A DNA stretch of 64,000 nucleotides from Eledone cirrhosa (taxonomy: Eukaryota), in NCBI GenBank assembly GCA_964016885.1, contig OZ024750.1, positions 6,820,001 to 6,884,000 on the forward strand, in the 5' to 3' direction. Shown one piece after another: positions 1 to 12,489 of the stretch. The position numbers were made by a program, and so were the translations under genes. The notes beneath the pieces are model-generated. The model ran no database searches and was not told the DNA's origin. It was given only the letters and a program-made list of their open reading frames with translations. Numbering within the stretch: position 1 is the stretch's first letter; every line of letters starts with the position of its first letter.

Positions 1-354
1 CTTAACAATCCTGCCTCCATTTTGAAAAAAATTGCTGCACTTATCTTGTGGCAGCGATTTAACCTTTCGTTTTCTATGCATTTGAAAGTATCACTTTTGC
101 CAGTTCATTAATTTTATATAATATAAACTATTTAATATCTGCCTAGTTTAATATCTTTTTTTTTTTTTCATTAATATCATCATAAGCTATAATAAAGGTT
201 TGCTTTTTTGTTTCATTTAGTATAATTAAAATATTTGTATGAGATTTTTCATTGAAAATGTTTGTTCGTGTTTTCGAGTTCACATACGATTAATTGTGTG
301 GTTCTTTCGCGCTTCAGAAAGAAAATATGAAAAGATGTTATTTTATAGATTGCG

Positions 355-397
<43 letters not shown>

Positions 398-398
398 T

Positions 399-438
<40 letters not shown>

Positions 439-483
439 ATATGAAAATATGAAAAGATGTTACTTTATAGATTCACAATTGTG

Positions 484-568
<85 letters not shown>

Positions 569-570
569 TA

Positions 571-2015
571 CAGTGGCGGACTGGCCATGTTTCCCAATGG
601 CAAGTGGGTCCCAGGGGGGCCACAGTAGCATTGATAGAGCCCACAGTAGCATTGCAGGGTCCACTGTAGTATTTTAGCGGCCAATGCTTTACTTTCAAAA
701 AATACCTGGAATCTAAGAGAAAAAATAAAATAAAAAAATAAATAAATAAAACAATTAAGCAATTCACCAGGGAATTACTAGAAACCAAAATATATGATAT
801 GGACGAGGATGTAGTTTATGGAACACCCAAATGGTTTAGAAGTAGACCTTAAGTAGGAGCAATAACATTAAGAAAGAAATGAACGACACCACATGATTTT
901 GTTTTGAAAATTTTGAAAGTAGGTTTATAAGTATGAATTTTCATCAGATTTTCGTAGCTGTCTCTTTGTGGCCTAGCGGTAGGTACTAGAGACAGTGGAG
1001 CTCCTGGCCTAGCGGTAGGTACTAGAGACGGTGGAGCTCCTGGCCTAGCGGTAGGTACTAGAGACGGTGGAGCTCCTGGCCTAGCGGTAGGTACTAGAGA
1101 CAGTGGAGCTCCTGGCCTAGCGGTAGGTACTAGAGACAGTGGAGCTCCTGGCCTAGCGGTAGGTACTAGAGACGGTGGAGCTCCTGGCCTAGCGGTAGGT
1201 ACTAGAGACAGTGGAGCTCCTGGCCTAGCGGTAGGTACTAGAGACAGTGGAGCTCCTGGCCTAGCGGTAGGTACTAGAGACAGTGGAGCTCCTGGCCTAG
1301 CGGTAGGTACTAGAGACAGTGGAGCTCCTGGCCTAGCGGTAGGTACTAGAGACAGTGGAGCTCCTGGCCTAGCGGTAGGTACTAGAGACGGTGGAGCTCC
1401 TGGCCTAGCGGTAGGTACTAGAGACAGTGGAGCTCCTGGCCTAGCGGTAGGTACTAGAGACAGTGGAGCTCCTGGCCTAGCGGTAGGTACTAGAGACGGT
1501 GGAGCTCCTGGCCTTGGGTTCTACTCTGGTCAAGAGATATATGTAATTTTCAGTTTTTATTTTACAACCAATAGAAAAAAATTGCAAAGGTTTAGCACGT
1601 ACCCTATTGCCAACAAGGATCGAACTTTAGACCAGGATCACCACCGTCTATGAGCCCTCCCACTAGGCCACCAAGACAACTACAAAAGTATACTGAAAAT
1701 TGATAATTATAAACCTACTTTCAAAATCAAAGTTAAAAAGATGTGCTGTCGTTCATTGCTTTCCCAGAGCTATTAGTAATATCTAGGGTCGACCTCTGGT
1801 CATTATTGAAAGTCTCTGGATTTCGCAAAATACATAATATGTTTTTATTGGAGAAGGTAAGATATTTTTCCGCAAAAATTTGATTGCACTATTTTGTTCC
1901 CACTTCTGTATTTTTCGAAAATGTTATTTATTCATTATAAAAATTAAATGATAGCATTCTATATGTAGGTGGGACCCCTTCATCTCCTGGCAACCATTAT
2001 TTTTAGACCCAGTCC

Positions 2016-2022
<7 letters not shown>
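571..2022. mobile_element. Non-autonomous hAT-like DNA transposon with terminal inverted repeats
   Basis: Left end CAGTGGCGGACTGG (571) and right end CCAGTCCGCCACTC (2009-2022) give a 13/14 TIR match, with the last base lost into a (CT)n tract. CAG-starting short TIRs are typical of hAT. No transposase ORF is present and the TSD is obscured by flanking microsatellites. Confidence 0.7.
969..1514 (+). repeat. 36-bp tandem repeat, 15 copies, derived from a tRNA-like head
   Basis: Unit TGGCCTAGCGGTAGGTACTAGAGAC(A/G)GTGGAGCTCC starts at 969, 1005 ... 1473. TGGCCTAGCGG resembles a Pol III A box. Confidence 0.95.
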
Positions 2023-2100
<78 letters not shown>

Positions 2101-2206
2101 GGTATGTATGTATGTATGTATGTATATATATATATGTATGTAGGTATGTATGTATATATATATATGTATGTAGGTATGTATGTATATATATATGTATGTA
2201 GGTATG

Positions 2207-2247
<41 letters not shown>

Positions 2248-2251
<4 letters not shown>

Positions 2252-2417
2252 ATGGAGGCGATAAAAGCCAGTTAGACCATTACTTACCAGAGTTCTCGAT
2301 ACTTGGGGTAGTAGAGTGGGTAATATGAAAAATTCGGAATCCCGACGGCTGAGCTCCGGATCTAGCTGTTGAAACGGCCAGAGCTCAACCGTCAACCGTC
2401 AGGGTCCCGAATTGTTC
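2248..2417. mobile_element. Short (TA)n-embedded element carrying a hammerhead 3' half, with inverted duplication (family P2, divergent subfamily)
   Basis: Shares CAGAGT.CTC.ATACTT.GGGTAGTAGAGTGGGTAATA with 30666-30859. Its right part GAAACGG..CCGTC..GGGTCCCGAATT is an imperfect inverted copy of 2331-2360. Confidence 0.65.
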
Positions 2418-2840
2418 ATATATATATATGTGTGTGTTGTTTGTGTGTATTTGAGTGTGTGCGCGCGCGCGCGTACGTGTGTGTGTGTGTGCGTGTGTGT
2501 GTGTCTGCGTGTGTGTGTGTGTGTGTGTGCACAGGAAGGAATGAGAAGGAATGATGTGATTGGGAAATGAGATAAGCTGAGGAGGGTGAGGTGAAGAGTC
2601 AGAATCAGAATGTTGACTAGGGGTGTAGATTGACAGATAAACCTGTCAACCAGGCACAGAAATAAAGGGAGTTCAGTTGACAGGTAAAAATATTGCGAGG
2701 AGAAAATCTATGAAACAATTAGAAGTAACGATACAGTTACGATGTCAAGCTAAAGTCTTGTGAAAAGCAGATGTGATGGTATGTGGTGATATGTGGCAAA
2801 GCAAGAGAAAGTTGGTTGGAACATATATACATATATACAT

Positions 2841-2930
2841 GGTCCCCGGGTCTCACGACGATCTCGTACGGGCGCCATATTGATATATAGCATTTCTAGG
2901 GCATTTTTTTAAACCTGGCGGAATCTATCT
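2841..2930 (+). repeat. Unclassified interspersed repeat (second copy at 45316-45409, opposite strand)
   Basis: TACGGGCGCCATA.TGA...TTTCTAGGGCA..TTT.AAA..CTGGCGGA..CTATCT is shared between the two loci. Confidence 0.6.
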
Positions 2931-2979
2931 TTTCTCCAGGTCTGAATATAGCAGATTTCTTCCAGTGAAGGAAAGAAAA

Positions 2980-3035
<56 letters not shown>

Positions 3036-3213
3036 AGAGAGAGAGGTGTAGAGGAAGAATCGACCCCACTACTTGACTGGTACTTTTTTGTCGACCTTGA
3101 ATGGATGGAAGGTAAAGTTGACATCATATATACTTTAAAACAAATAATTTTGGCAGTTTGTCTATTTGTGAGATAACAGTTTTAACCCTTTTGCATTTAC
3201 ATTACTCTATATT

Positions 3214-3420
3214 GGTGTGAGTAGGTTATGCCTGGAAGGAAGGCTGGCTGGTAAGAGAAGCAGAGGCCGGCAGCCAAAACGATGGCTTGACAAAGTCAAT
3301 TTATGGACTGGACTTGATCTTTGCTCTTTGAATTCTGCTGCTGGTGATCGAACTTTGTGGAGAGAGATATCACATGTTAATCCGCAGCCTGCAAATGGCG
3401 GAGTTTAACGTCACAAGAGA
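3214..3420 (+). mobile_element. RTE-clade LINE 3' fragment (ORF2 C-terminus)
   Basis: Translation LEGRLAGKRSRGRQPKRWLD...AAGDRTLWR matches the RTE C-terminal G.R.RGR...RW.D / A.DR..WR signature. Confidence 0.85.
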
Positions 3421-3507
3421 GATATATACAATTGTATTTTCCCGGTAAGAGATTTTGATATTATTTATTTTGAGAACAATACCTTAATGTCAACTTTGCC
3501 GTTCATC

Positions 3508-3827
3508 CTTAACCCTTTACTATTTAAACCGGCTATATCCGGGCCAGAATTCTCTCACCTCTTTCTACTCAAAGTTGCCGTAACTGGCCGGTTTAAAATG
3601 ATAAACCGGCCAGTTACATTACTCTATATTTACTATTGTAATTTCATGGTAAAGGCTTTACCTTACATAATTATCTCACATAATATCGAATCTATGAGAT
3701 TTTGATATTATTTATGTTGAGAACAATACCTTAACATAAGTATGAGTGGCTAGCTAAGGCCATTTTGAATAGAAAGAGGTGAAAGAATTCTGGCTGGATA
3801 TGACCGGTTTAAATGCTAAAGGGTTAA
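3508..3827. mobile_element. piggyBac-like MITE, rearranged copy (further pieces at 3182-3212 and 3445-3487)
   Basis: TTAA-CCCTTTA..ATTTAAACCGG left end and CCGGTTTAAATGCTAAAGGG-TTAA right end. The internal sequence matches 36085-36303. Confidence 0.8.
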
Positions 3828-3990
3828 GGATGAACGGCAAACTTGACGTCGGTGGGATTTGAACTCAGAAAGCAGAGAGCCGAAATAAATACAACAAGGC
3901 ATTCTATCTGACGTTCTAACGACTCTACCATTCTATCTGACGTTCTAACGACTCTACCATTCTATCTGACGTTCTAACGACTCTACCAAA
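3828..3990 (-). mobile_element. SINE family A 5' part, with internal 29-bp x3 duplication (3901-3987)
   Basis: Reverse complement contains B box GAGTTCAAATCC and TTTGCC.TTCATCC. ATTCTATCTGACGTTCTAACGACTCTACC is repeated 3 times. Confidence 0.75.
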
Positions 3991-4178
3991 TCGTCGTCTG
4001 CATTCCAGATACAGAAGATAAAAGAAACGGAAGTGTTAGTATAAAAATTGTTAGGGTGACTGCGAGCCAGGAAATGATTCTATCAACTGTCAAATGGTGG
4101 AAAATGATTCAACAAGAGAAACTTGTTTTTCACTTTTTTTCTTCTATTTATGCTTCGTTTGCTTCCCGTTGTCCTTCC

Positions 4179-4299
<121 letters not shown>

Positions 4300-4323
4300 T
4301 CCCCCTCTCTCTCTCTCTCTGTA

Positions 4324-4392
<69 letters not shown>

Positions 4393-4442
4393 AGGGTCCT
4401 TCTTACTCTCTCTCCCACTCTCTCTCTGTATATATGTATATA

Positions 4443-4491
<49 letters not shown>

Positions 4492-4954
4492 TTTGTTTCT
4501 TATTTGTAAGGGGTGTTAGATACCTCTCCTAGCCTGTCACGGTTTACTAGCTCTATGCGGACGTTTAAATTGATTAAATAAATAAATAGATGAACAAATA
4601 AATTGTTTGTTGATGTAACATGACACCATGACTAGCAAACAGGGCCACGCATGGACAAACCCTGATAAAATAAGGAGAGAAAGCCCAGAATAATAAGGGC
4701 GGAGTAACGGGAGCATTGTGACAGAAAATGTAAAACTGTCTGGAAACCAGGAAAGGTGGAGTGAGGAGGTTGTGTCTGTCATAGTGTGAAGGGGGGGGGG
4801 GGGGGGGGTTCATCCTGGGAGAGGGGGAGGGGATTGTCATCATGAGAGACAATATCTCCTCCCCCACATCACGGGACATAACATCCGTCCTTCACAGTCT
4901 GAGAGACAAAACCTCCTCCCTTCACATTCTGGTGTCCTTGACCTCCCCCCCCCA

Positions 4955-5137
4955 GGACCACCTCCCTACTCACCACCATCGGCACGGAGGGAGTTGGCTA
5001 CCCGCAGGTGTGACCCCCGCCAGCTGGAATGCCTCTTCCAACGCGTCTCTCTCACCATCCTCCGGGGAAACGCCTTCTCTATTCTGTCCGCCCGGGGCCA
5101 CGGGGCGGCCAGCACGTGGGCCCCCATTTGCTTATAA
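4955..5137 (+). mobile_element. CRE-like (restriction-like endonuclease) non-LTR retrotransposon 3' end
   Basis: Frame from 4982 reads ARRELATRRCDPRQLECLFQRVSLTILRGNAFSILSA...CL* (stop 5135-5137), and a shifted frame upstream reads TSLLTTIG. This fits the IG..L....DPR....LFQR.S..I.RGNA..IL C-terminal motif I recall for CRE elements. It is a GC-rich island next to (GA)n. Confidence 0.7.
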
Positions 5138-5154
5138 TAGTGAGAGATGAGGAA

Positions 5155-5226
<72 letters not shown>

Positions 5227-6319
5227 CACATGAATACACACACTTGATAAGACAACAACAACAACAACCACAATCGTCACATGAGACAGCAATAGGAACG
5301 ACGAGGATAATATATTGACAGTATTAACAGCAATAATTCTCAGGGAGATTCAGTGAAGATGGTGTAGTGAGGGAGAACAACAGTTCTTCTCTTGCCTCTC
5401 GTGGAAAAGTGAAAACTAATATTTTCATTCCTTCCTTAATTTGGAAGATTAAAAGATCTTCAAGAATATTTTGACCGTTTTTGGTTGAAGGGAGATTATG
5501 GAGCCTTAAATACAGAGCATTACCGAACAGATCTGTGGAGTCTTAAATGTAGACAATACGGAACAGATTCAAGATTTGAGAGTAGACGATATCAATCTAA
5601 CAAAGACAGAAGAAAAAAAAGTCAAATTTATAAAAGTTTGTTATTGAACACAATGTACTGTTCAATCAGTCAGAATCTACTAAAATTATTTTACCTATTT
5701 TGATTTCAGGAAACAAATTCCGTAGTAACTAAAATCACATTTATTCTGTCTGTCCATTCTTTGTAATACGGAAGTGTAGTTAGAGAATTTAAACTCTCTT
5801 CTGACATTCTTGACTATCTTTAATCATTTGCTTGACAAAATGTTTATTCAAGCATAGATGTTGCAAGGTTTACAAATAAAATAAGTAAATTATCGAAATC
5901 TCAGATATTGGGTGCTTGCCATTGGCTGTTTTTCTATTCAAATAGTCCAAAATATCAGCTAAACAACATAAATAGAGGTCTGGCTCAAAGAAAGTTCAAT
6001 TCCTGTAAGTTGAGCTGTCCATATTATCAAGTTTTTCCTTAAAATAATTGATTCCTGATGAGCTGTCCTTCGCTTGGTCGTCTTTAGAAGCAACCAAATC
6101 TCCAGCCTTGAATATTAATTGTAGCAGGCGTGTCTGATGAAAACATCAGCCAAAAGAAGAGATTATTATATCTCTGACCTCAAAATACACGCTTGCTGAC
6201 ATTTAGACGAAAGGAGAAATTAATTGTTTTTATTTGAGCCAAGTATCAGTTTATACAACTTCAAAGATCAGTATCAAGTTGTAACTGTACACATTCTTAC
6301 CAACACTCTAACTAGTTAC

Positions 6320-6631
6320 ACTTCTTCTTCTTCTTCTTCTTCTTCTCCTTCTTCTTCTTTTCTTCTTCTTCTTCTTCTTCTTCTTCTTCTTCTTCTTCTT
6401 CTTCTTCTTCTTCCACATCCTCCTCCTCCTCCTCCTCCTCCTCCTCCTCCTCCTCCTCCTCCCTCTTCTTCCTCCTCCTCCTCCTCCTCCTCCTCTTCTT
6501 CTTCTTCTTCTTCTTCTTCTTCTTCTTCTTCTTCTTCTTCTTCTTCTTCATGAGAGGGTCGCTGGGGAGGCAGAGTCCTCAAACACTCCCTCCAGAGGGT
6601 CCTGTCAGAAGCAACCATCTCCCACTGATCC
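6320..6631 (-). mobile_element. RTE LINE extreme 3' end with expanded (GAA/GAG)n tail
   Basis: 6551-6631 reverse complement encodes MVASDRTLWRECLRTLPP, nearly the same as the end of the 23200-23559 copy. The tail 6320-6550 is (GAA)n/(GGA)n. Confidence 0.85.
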
Positions 6632-6827
6632 TTTTACAATTATAAAGTTAAAATATCACCATGCGTCACTTCGCTTTCAGTCACTTCCATGCTTCAAGTA
6701 AATTCTCCCTTTTTTTAGTTGAATACTTGATTGGAATAACAATTTCACGTGACTCATCACTTCAGATAGTATCTTATATTACACTATAGTTATAGTTCCC
6801 TTTAGGTTCACGTCAGATGGTATCTTG

Positions 6828-7171
6828 TATTACACTATAGTTCCCTTTAGTTTCTCAAAGATTGTGTTTGGATATTACACTATAGTTCCCTTTAGGTTCT
6901 CAAAGATTGTGTTTGGATATTACACTATAGTTCCCTTTAGGTTCTCAAAGATTGTGTTTGGATATTACACTATAGTTCCCTTTAGGTTCTCAAAGATTGT
7001 GTTTGGATATTACACTATAGTTCCCTTTAGGTTCTCAAAGATTGTGTTTGGATATTACACTATAGTTCCCTTTAGGTTCTCAAAGATTGTGTTTGGATAT
7101 TACACTATAGTTCCCTTTAGGTTCTCAAAGATTGTGTTTGGATATTACACTATAGTTCCCTTTAGGTTCTC
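6828..7171. repeat. 45-bp minisatellite, about 7.6 copies
   Basis: Unit TATTACACTATAGTTCCCTTTAGGTTCTCAAAGATTGTGTTTGGA at 6828, 6873 ... 7143, with a degenerate precursor copy near 6777. Confidence 0.95.
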
Positions 7172-8689
7172 ACTTCGTGCTTGACAATATATATTAACTA
7201 AAGCTATCGGTTAGATTCCTTCCAAACGCTTGGCCGCTCCAGATTTATTCTCAAGCATGTTGCTTTCTCTGTCAAAGTATATTGCTTTACATAAATGTAT
7301 TTACAGGGTAACTAAAAAACCAAACAGGCTCATGCACACTTTGTGTCTCTGTATAGTCATTTTCTAACCGAGCAATCTTAAATTTCAGGATATGGCAGAT
7401 ATAATGTCTGAAAAGACAACAATACTTCAATAAGGGCTCCAGCCCTGGGTTTTCTGTAGGAAATACAACTATAAGTGTGGCTCGTACAATCAGGTCCAAA
7501 AATGGAAACGGGGCCAGTTGTGTTTGAACCATCCTGTCTCTGTTCCAGATATGTTGAGTTATCACAGAATGAAGATCTGAATCACCTCTAGTTCACAACT
7601 ATATTAGGTTACTCTTCAACAATTTCTTGGCAAAAGAAGTGTAAACACTTTATCATTTATATAATACGTTTGCCATTTGTTGACATAGGTTTTCTGGTAG
7701 TTTCATGCAGCTATTCTCTAATGTTATTACATTTAGGAACCAGAACTTTGACATTCACAGAATATGACCAGACACGTGATGATGAGAGCCTAAAATATCA
7801 CTAATTCGACATATCAAATATTTCAAATCATGAAATTATGTTGTTATTATTGATTTTTTTCTTTTTCGTGTAAAGAACTAATTCAGGTCTGAAAGGGTTA
7901 ATTTATAAACTAAAATAAATAGCAGTTCCCATTAGATGTAAAATTAACAATCCATAAAACAAACTAAATGACCTTCATACTTTCCACTGGTATTTGTAAT
8001 TCGTGTGAATTGAATGTAAAACAATAATGGCATTCTTTTATTGCCATCATTCAGCCGCCTTAGACAAACATCGATGGTCTCTAGCATATTTAAACATTAC
8101 TAATCACCCAATTCTTTTACCAGTATGTATATATTGTTCAATTATCGATCTATAATCGATGCAGCACGCTAAGCTAAATCACTTGAGATAAAGTATATTG
8201 ACACCATATTTTATTATATTTTTATTGAAAACAGAAGGTTATAGCCTCTTTTAAGCTAATATTTCTACTCCATCTTTGTTGTCCTGTCACCAAGAACAAG
8301 ATGGCGATGATATCTTAATGAGGAACGGGGAAGCTCTGGGATTTTAGTGATAGAGTTCAACACTAAGAAGGACACAACGAAAGGGATATTAACACAGTAT
8401 AGTAATCGAAATTACTTTATATAATCAGGAGATGTTAATCATTATAATATAAACAAACATGGGTTTCGTCTTGACGTTTTGTCAGATGCTAGCCAGCTAT
8501 ATGGCAGACATTTTATCAAATGTTAATGGAATCGAAGCCGTAAGTAACAATATTCTATCAACTACATCGAATATGAACGAGAGAGAAAACTACATTATCT
8601 TTTGTTTTTATCTGATAACCTTCAAGTAAAAGATAATGGATAAGTTTCAAAACTAATGGCTACCTTCGATAGGGATTACCAGTTCGGAA

Positions 8690-8955
8690 CAGTTAGTACC
8701 CAGTACGGCCAGGCCTATAGTACCAGTACAGCCTTATCTATAGTATTAGTACAGTCTGACCTATAGTATTAGTAGTCTGACCTATAGTATTAGTGGTCTG
8801 ACCTATAGTACCAGTACAGCCTGACCTATAGTATTAGTACAGTCTGTCCTATAGTATTAGTACAGTCTGACCTATAGCACTAGTACAGTCTGACCTATAG
8901 TATTAGTACAGTCTCACCTATAGCACTAGTACAGTCTGACCTATAGTATTAGTAC
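8690..8955. repeat. About 23-bp minisatellite
   Basis: Unit CCTATAGTATTAGTACAGTCTGA, roughly 11 variable copies. Confidence 0.9.
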
Positions 8956-9422
8956 GTTGGAATTATTTCAAGACTACATATATATAACAAGTTCAAGAAA
9001 TACGTTGAAACTTCTAAATTTTCAATAGATATTTTTATAAGTTCAGTTACTAAGTGATAATAGACTTTTTAATTCCTATAAGTAAAAATCTACCTCTATT
9101 TTAGTGTATATAATCTTTTGTAAAGATATATTATAGTTAGTAAAATAATTTTATTTACGGTTGTATAAGTAATGTTATAAATCATGTGTGGCTTAAAAAC
9201 CATTGATAACTGAATAAATACGAAAAAAAAAAAAAAAAAAATTTAGAGTTATCTAACGTAAATATTTTATCATTTATAAATTTTAATTACGTTTTTAGGT
9301 TTCCATAATTTTAACGTTTTCCCTACAATGTTCAAACGTTATTTTTTACAGCTTCGCTTTCCTTTTCTCTCACTGCGACTTTAAAACATCTCTGGTAAAT
9401 TTGTTTTATTTGTATTTTTATT

Positions 9423-9491
9423 GATTCTGATGAGCTATTCTTGAAGGAATGGATTATTATTCTTGTTAGTCTAGCGAAACGTTCGGAAATC
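9423..9491 (+). ncRNA. Minimal type I hammerhead motif with mutated cleavage triplet
   Basis: GATT / CTGATGA (9427-9433) / GCTA...TAGC / GAAA (9476-9479) C GTTC G GA / AATC. The triplet is GGA instead of GUH. Confidence 0.6.
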
Positions 9492-9559
9492 TATTAAATG
9501 CTTTAACATTAATCCATGAAACAGTTCTAGTCCTGTAGAAGCAATTTTCTATATTAAAT

Positions 9560-9745
9560 AATTGTTTCTACTTTGGGCACAAGGCCAGCACTTACCCCAG
9601 TGCATTATTGGTACTTTATTTTACCGACCTCGTAGGGATGAAAGGTAAAGATTAACCTCGGCTGGATTTGAACTCAGATCGTAAAGAGCCGTAACTCTAT
9701 GTTGTAAAGCATGGCGTCCGACTCTCTACCGATACTGCCAATCCA
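9560..9745 (-). mobile_element. SINE family A (tRNA-derived head)
   Basis: Reverse complement: GGATTGGCAGTATCGGTAGAG (A box) ... GAGTTCAAATCC (B box) ... CTTTCATCCC..GAGGTCGGTAAAATAAAGTACC ... GCTGGCCTTGTGCC.AAAGTAGAAACAATT. Confidence 0.9.
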
Positions 9746-9842
9746 AATAATGATGTTTACACTCTATCAATGTATTGAGTGGTAGTCCCCCCCACCCGAT
9801 TTAACTCGGGATCCACACACACACACATATATATGTATACAA

Positions 9843-9985
9843 TATGAAAAAGATTCAGGACCCCAACGGCTAAGCTCCGGCCGTTTCCACAGCTAGATCC
9901 GAACCAATGCGAGATAGTCGCGGTTGAAATGGCTGTGGTAATAGGTCAGCTGAATCAAGATAAACCTAGGGTTAAACAACAACAA
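9843..9985 (-). mobile_element. Family P2 element, longest copy
   Basis: Reverse complement contains CTAGCTGTGGAAACGGCCGGAGCTTAGCCGTTGGGGTCCTGAATC, matching 45046-45097 and 2331-2417. Confidence 0.6.
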
Positions 9986-11342
9986 ATATCTTTAATAGTC
10001 CAGTAATTTTAGAAAGATATGAATGACATAAAGTCCTCTTTCTTCTTCCACTCCATAAACAACGAAAGAAATCAATTTACTGCAATGTTGAAACATGTAA
10101 AACAAACTGAAAACTTCTGTCGTGTTTTCTATATTTGTTGTTGTTGCTGTTGTGTGTGTGTATGAACGTATGTATGAATATGTATGTGTGTATGAACGTG
10201 TGTGTACCATGTGTATGAATGTATGAACATACGTATGTTTCTTTGTGTGCTTGTATGCGTATGTGTGTATCTGTATGTATGAACGTGTATGTCTGTATGT
10301 GCCTGAATGTGTATGTTTGTTTGTGTGTGTGTGTATGAATATATATCTGTGTATGTATGTCTGTGTGTGTATGTTTGTGTATGTTTGTGTGTGTATATAT
10401 GTGTGTGTATGAGTATGTATGTATTAAATGGAGTGTAAGGATGCATGTTAACCAGTATCAACGTGAAGAAGGTGTTTTCTCTCTTTAGTCTCTGTTGTTT
10501 AATGTAGCTTAAATCAAGAGAAAGATAGACAGGGAAATAGATAGATAGACAGATAGACAGGGAGATAGATAGATAGACAGATAGACAGGGAGATAGATAG
10601 ATAGACAGATAGACAGACAGATAGACAGGGAGATAGATAGACAGGGAGAAAGATAGACAGGGAGAAAGATAGACAGATAGACAGATAGATGTCTTTAACA
10701 CATCAGACCCGCTTCTTACCGTTCCGATCCGTCTACCTCTCCGCCACCACCACCTCTATCTGCACCACCACCTCAACCTCCACCACCACCACCACCACCA
10801 CCGCCACCACTATAACCATCTACACCACCACCACCGCCACCACTATAACCATCTACACCACCACCACCGCCACCACTATAACCATCTACACCATCACCAC
10901 CGCCACCACTATAACCATCTACACCATCACCGCCACCACCACCACTATCACTTTTGCGCCACCCCCACCTTTTCCCTCTCTTAATCATTCCTTCTCTTTC
11001 TCCCTCCCCCTCCCCTCTTTTTCTCTGTCTGTTAATCACTCCTTCTCTTTCTCCACCCTTCTCTCTCTGTTAATCACTCCTTCTCTGTCTCTCTCTCCCT
11101 TCCCTCTCTTTCTATCACTGTCTCTCTCCATTAATCACCCCTTCTTTCATTCACTGTCTATCTCTTTCCCCTCTCTCTTTCTCTTCCATGTATAGTAACA
11201 GGCAATAGAGAGAGAAAGAGAGAGACGTTGACAACCGTACACATCTACCTCCTCCTACTACTTCTATAACTTTACATGGCCTCTAATCTTTCCACACGAA
11301 CATAACATAACCCACCTCCTCTCGTCACATATACCTTTCATT

Positions 11343-11374
<32 letters not shown>

Positions 11375-12489
11375 TACATTGATGTGTACTCACGTTTATA
11401 CTCAGATACACGTTCACATTCATGCATATATACAAATATACACGCTATACAAGTACCCGATAGCCTTGTTAGAGTGATTTCTGCTCCGTTCAGGATAGTT
11501 TGGGCTCCAATTGAAGTGGGTCAGTTAGACTAAAAAAAAGGGGGGAAAGAAACGAAAAAAAAATAATCATAACACATACACATGAAAGAAGTATTAAAAA
11601 ATAAAGTTGTCCCATAAAGGGACACTTTACCTCGCCATTTCCTATCCCTGGACTATGGAAGTAAATCAACCAGATACACAACATTCAACCATTCAATCTT
11701 CGTTGGTGGTACTTCTAGTTACAACAACGATAAGAAAGTAGAGAGGCATCTTTTTATTATTAAAGAAAAAACGACAAACTTTCCTTATATATTTTCCATA
11801 CATACATAGAAGTATATTTATAATGAATACTTCTTTATATTATAAATTCGGTGAGTTATTTTTCTTCATAATATATTATTTTACGATAAGGTTTTCTTTA
11901 AGAAAGAAAAAAAATAATAATAAAACCCCATCTGTTTTAGTCAATTGTCAAAACAAACAAGAAATCTTATGTTAACAGATTTGAAAAAAAAATGTTTTAA
12001 TGTTTATTTTTATAAATTCTTTCATTTGGGTTATTAAAATATTTCATACGTCTCTACTTTTATATCTTTCACAAATTTCCTCTCTTTTAAAAAATATATT
12101 TCCTCACTTATTTCCAAACTTTTAAAGATTTTCCTCAAATTTGTTGTTGCCGGTCTTGACTGGATCACTGCAGTTGTTAGATTAAATTACTTTATATTAC
12201 TTTAAAGCTCCACATTCTGGTTTCAAATACTGACGGAATTCACCTTAATTTTTCATTCGTTTGAGGATAACCCCTTAAAAAAGGGGCTTCCATCATTGTA
12301 TAACTTCTTTTTGTAAAATTGATTCTGATGGTTTCACAGTCAGCGGGGATTCTTTGAGGATAATATATTGTTCATGTATATCAATGTATTTTAAAATATA
12401 ATACAATGTTAACATCAAAGTTATATTCCAAACACCAACTTAATAAATGGCAAAGTTAGCTCAATCGCTTAATGTGGTGTGGTAAATAA

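Noticed and set aside
969-1514. 36-bp repeats as a CRISPR array
   Set aside because: Units are contiguous with no unique spacers, there are no cas genes, and the context is eukaryotic.
4535-4723. Solo LTR bounded by TGTCAC...GTGACA
   Set aside because: No target-site duplication and no second copy; a 6-bp inverted match can be chance.
6054-6150. CTGATGA motifs at ~6055 and ~6134 as hammerheads
   Set aside because: Neither has a closing stem II plus GAAA and NUH at a workable distance.
7287-7565. 92-aa non-repetitive minus-strand ORF
   Set aside because: No recognisable motif or convincing splice sites; the length is within chance.
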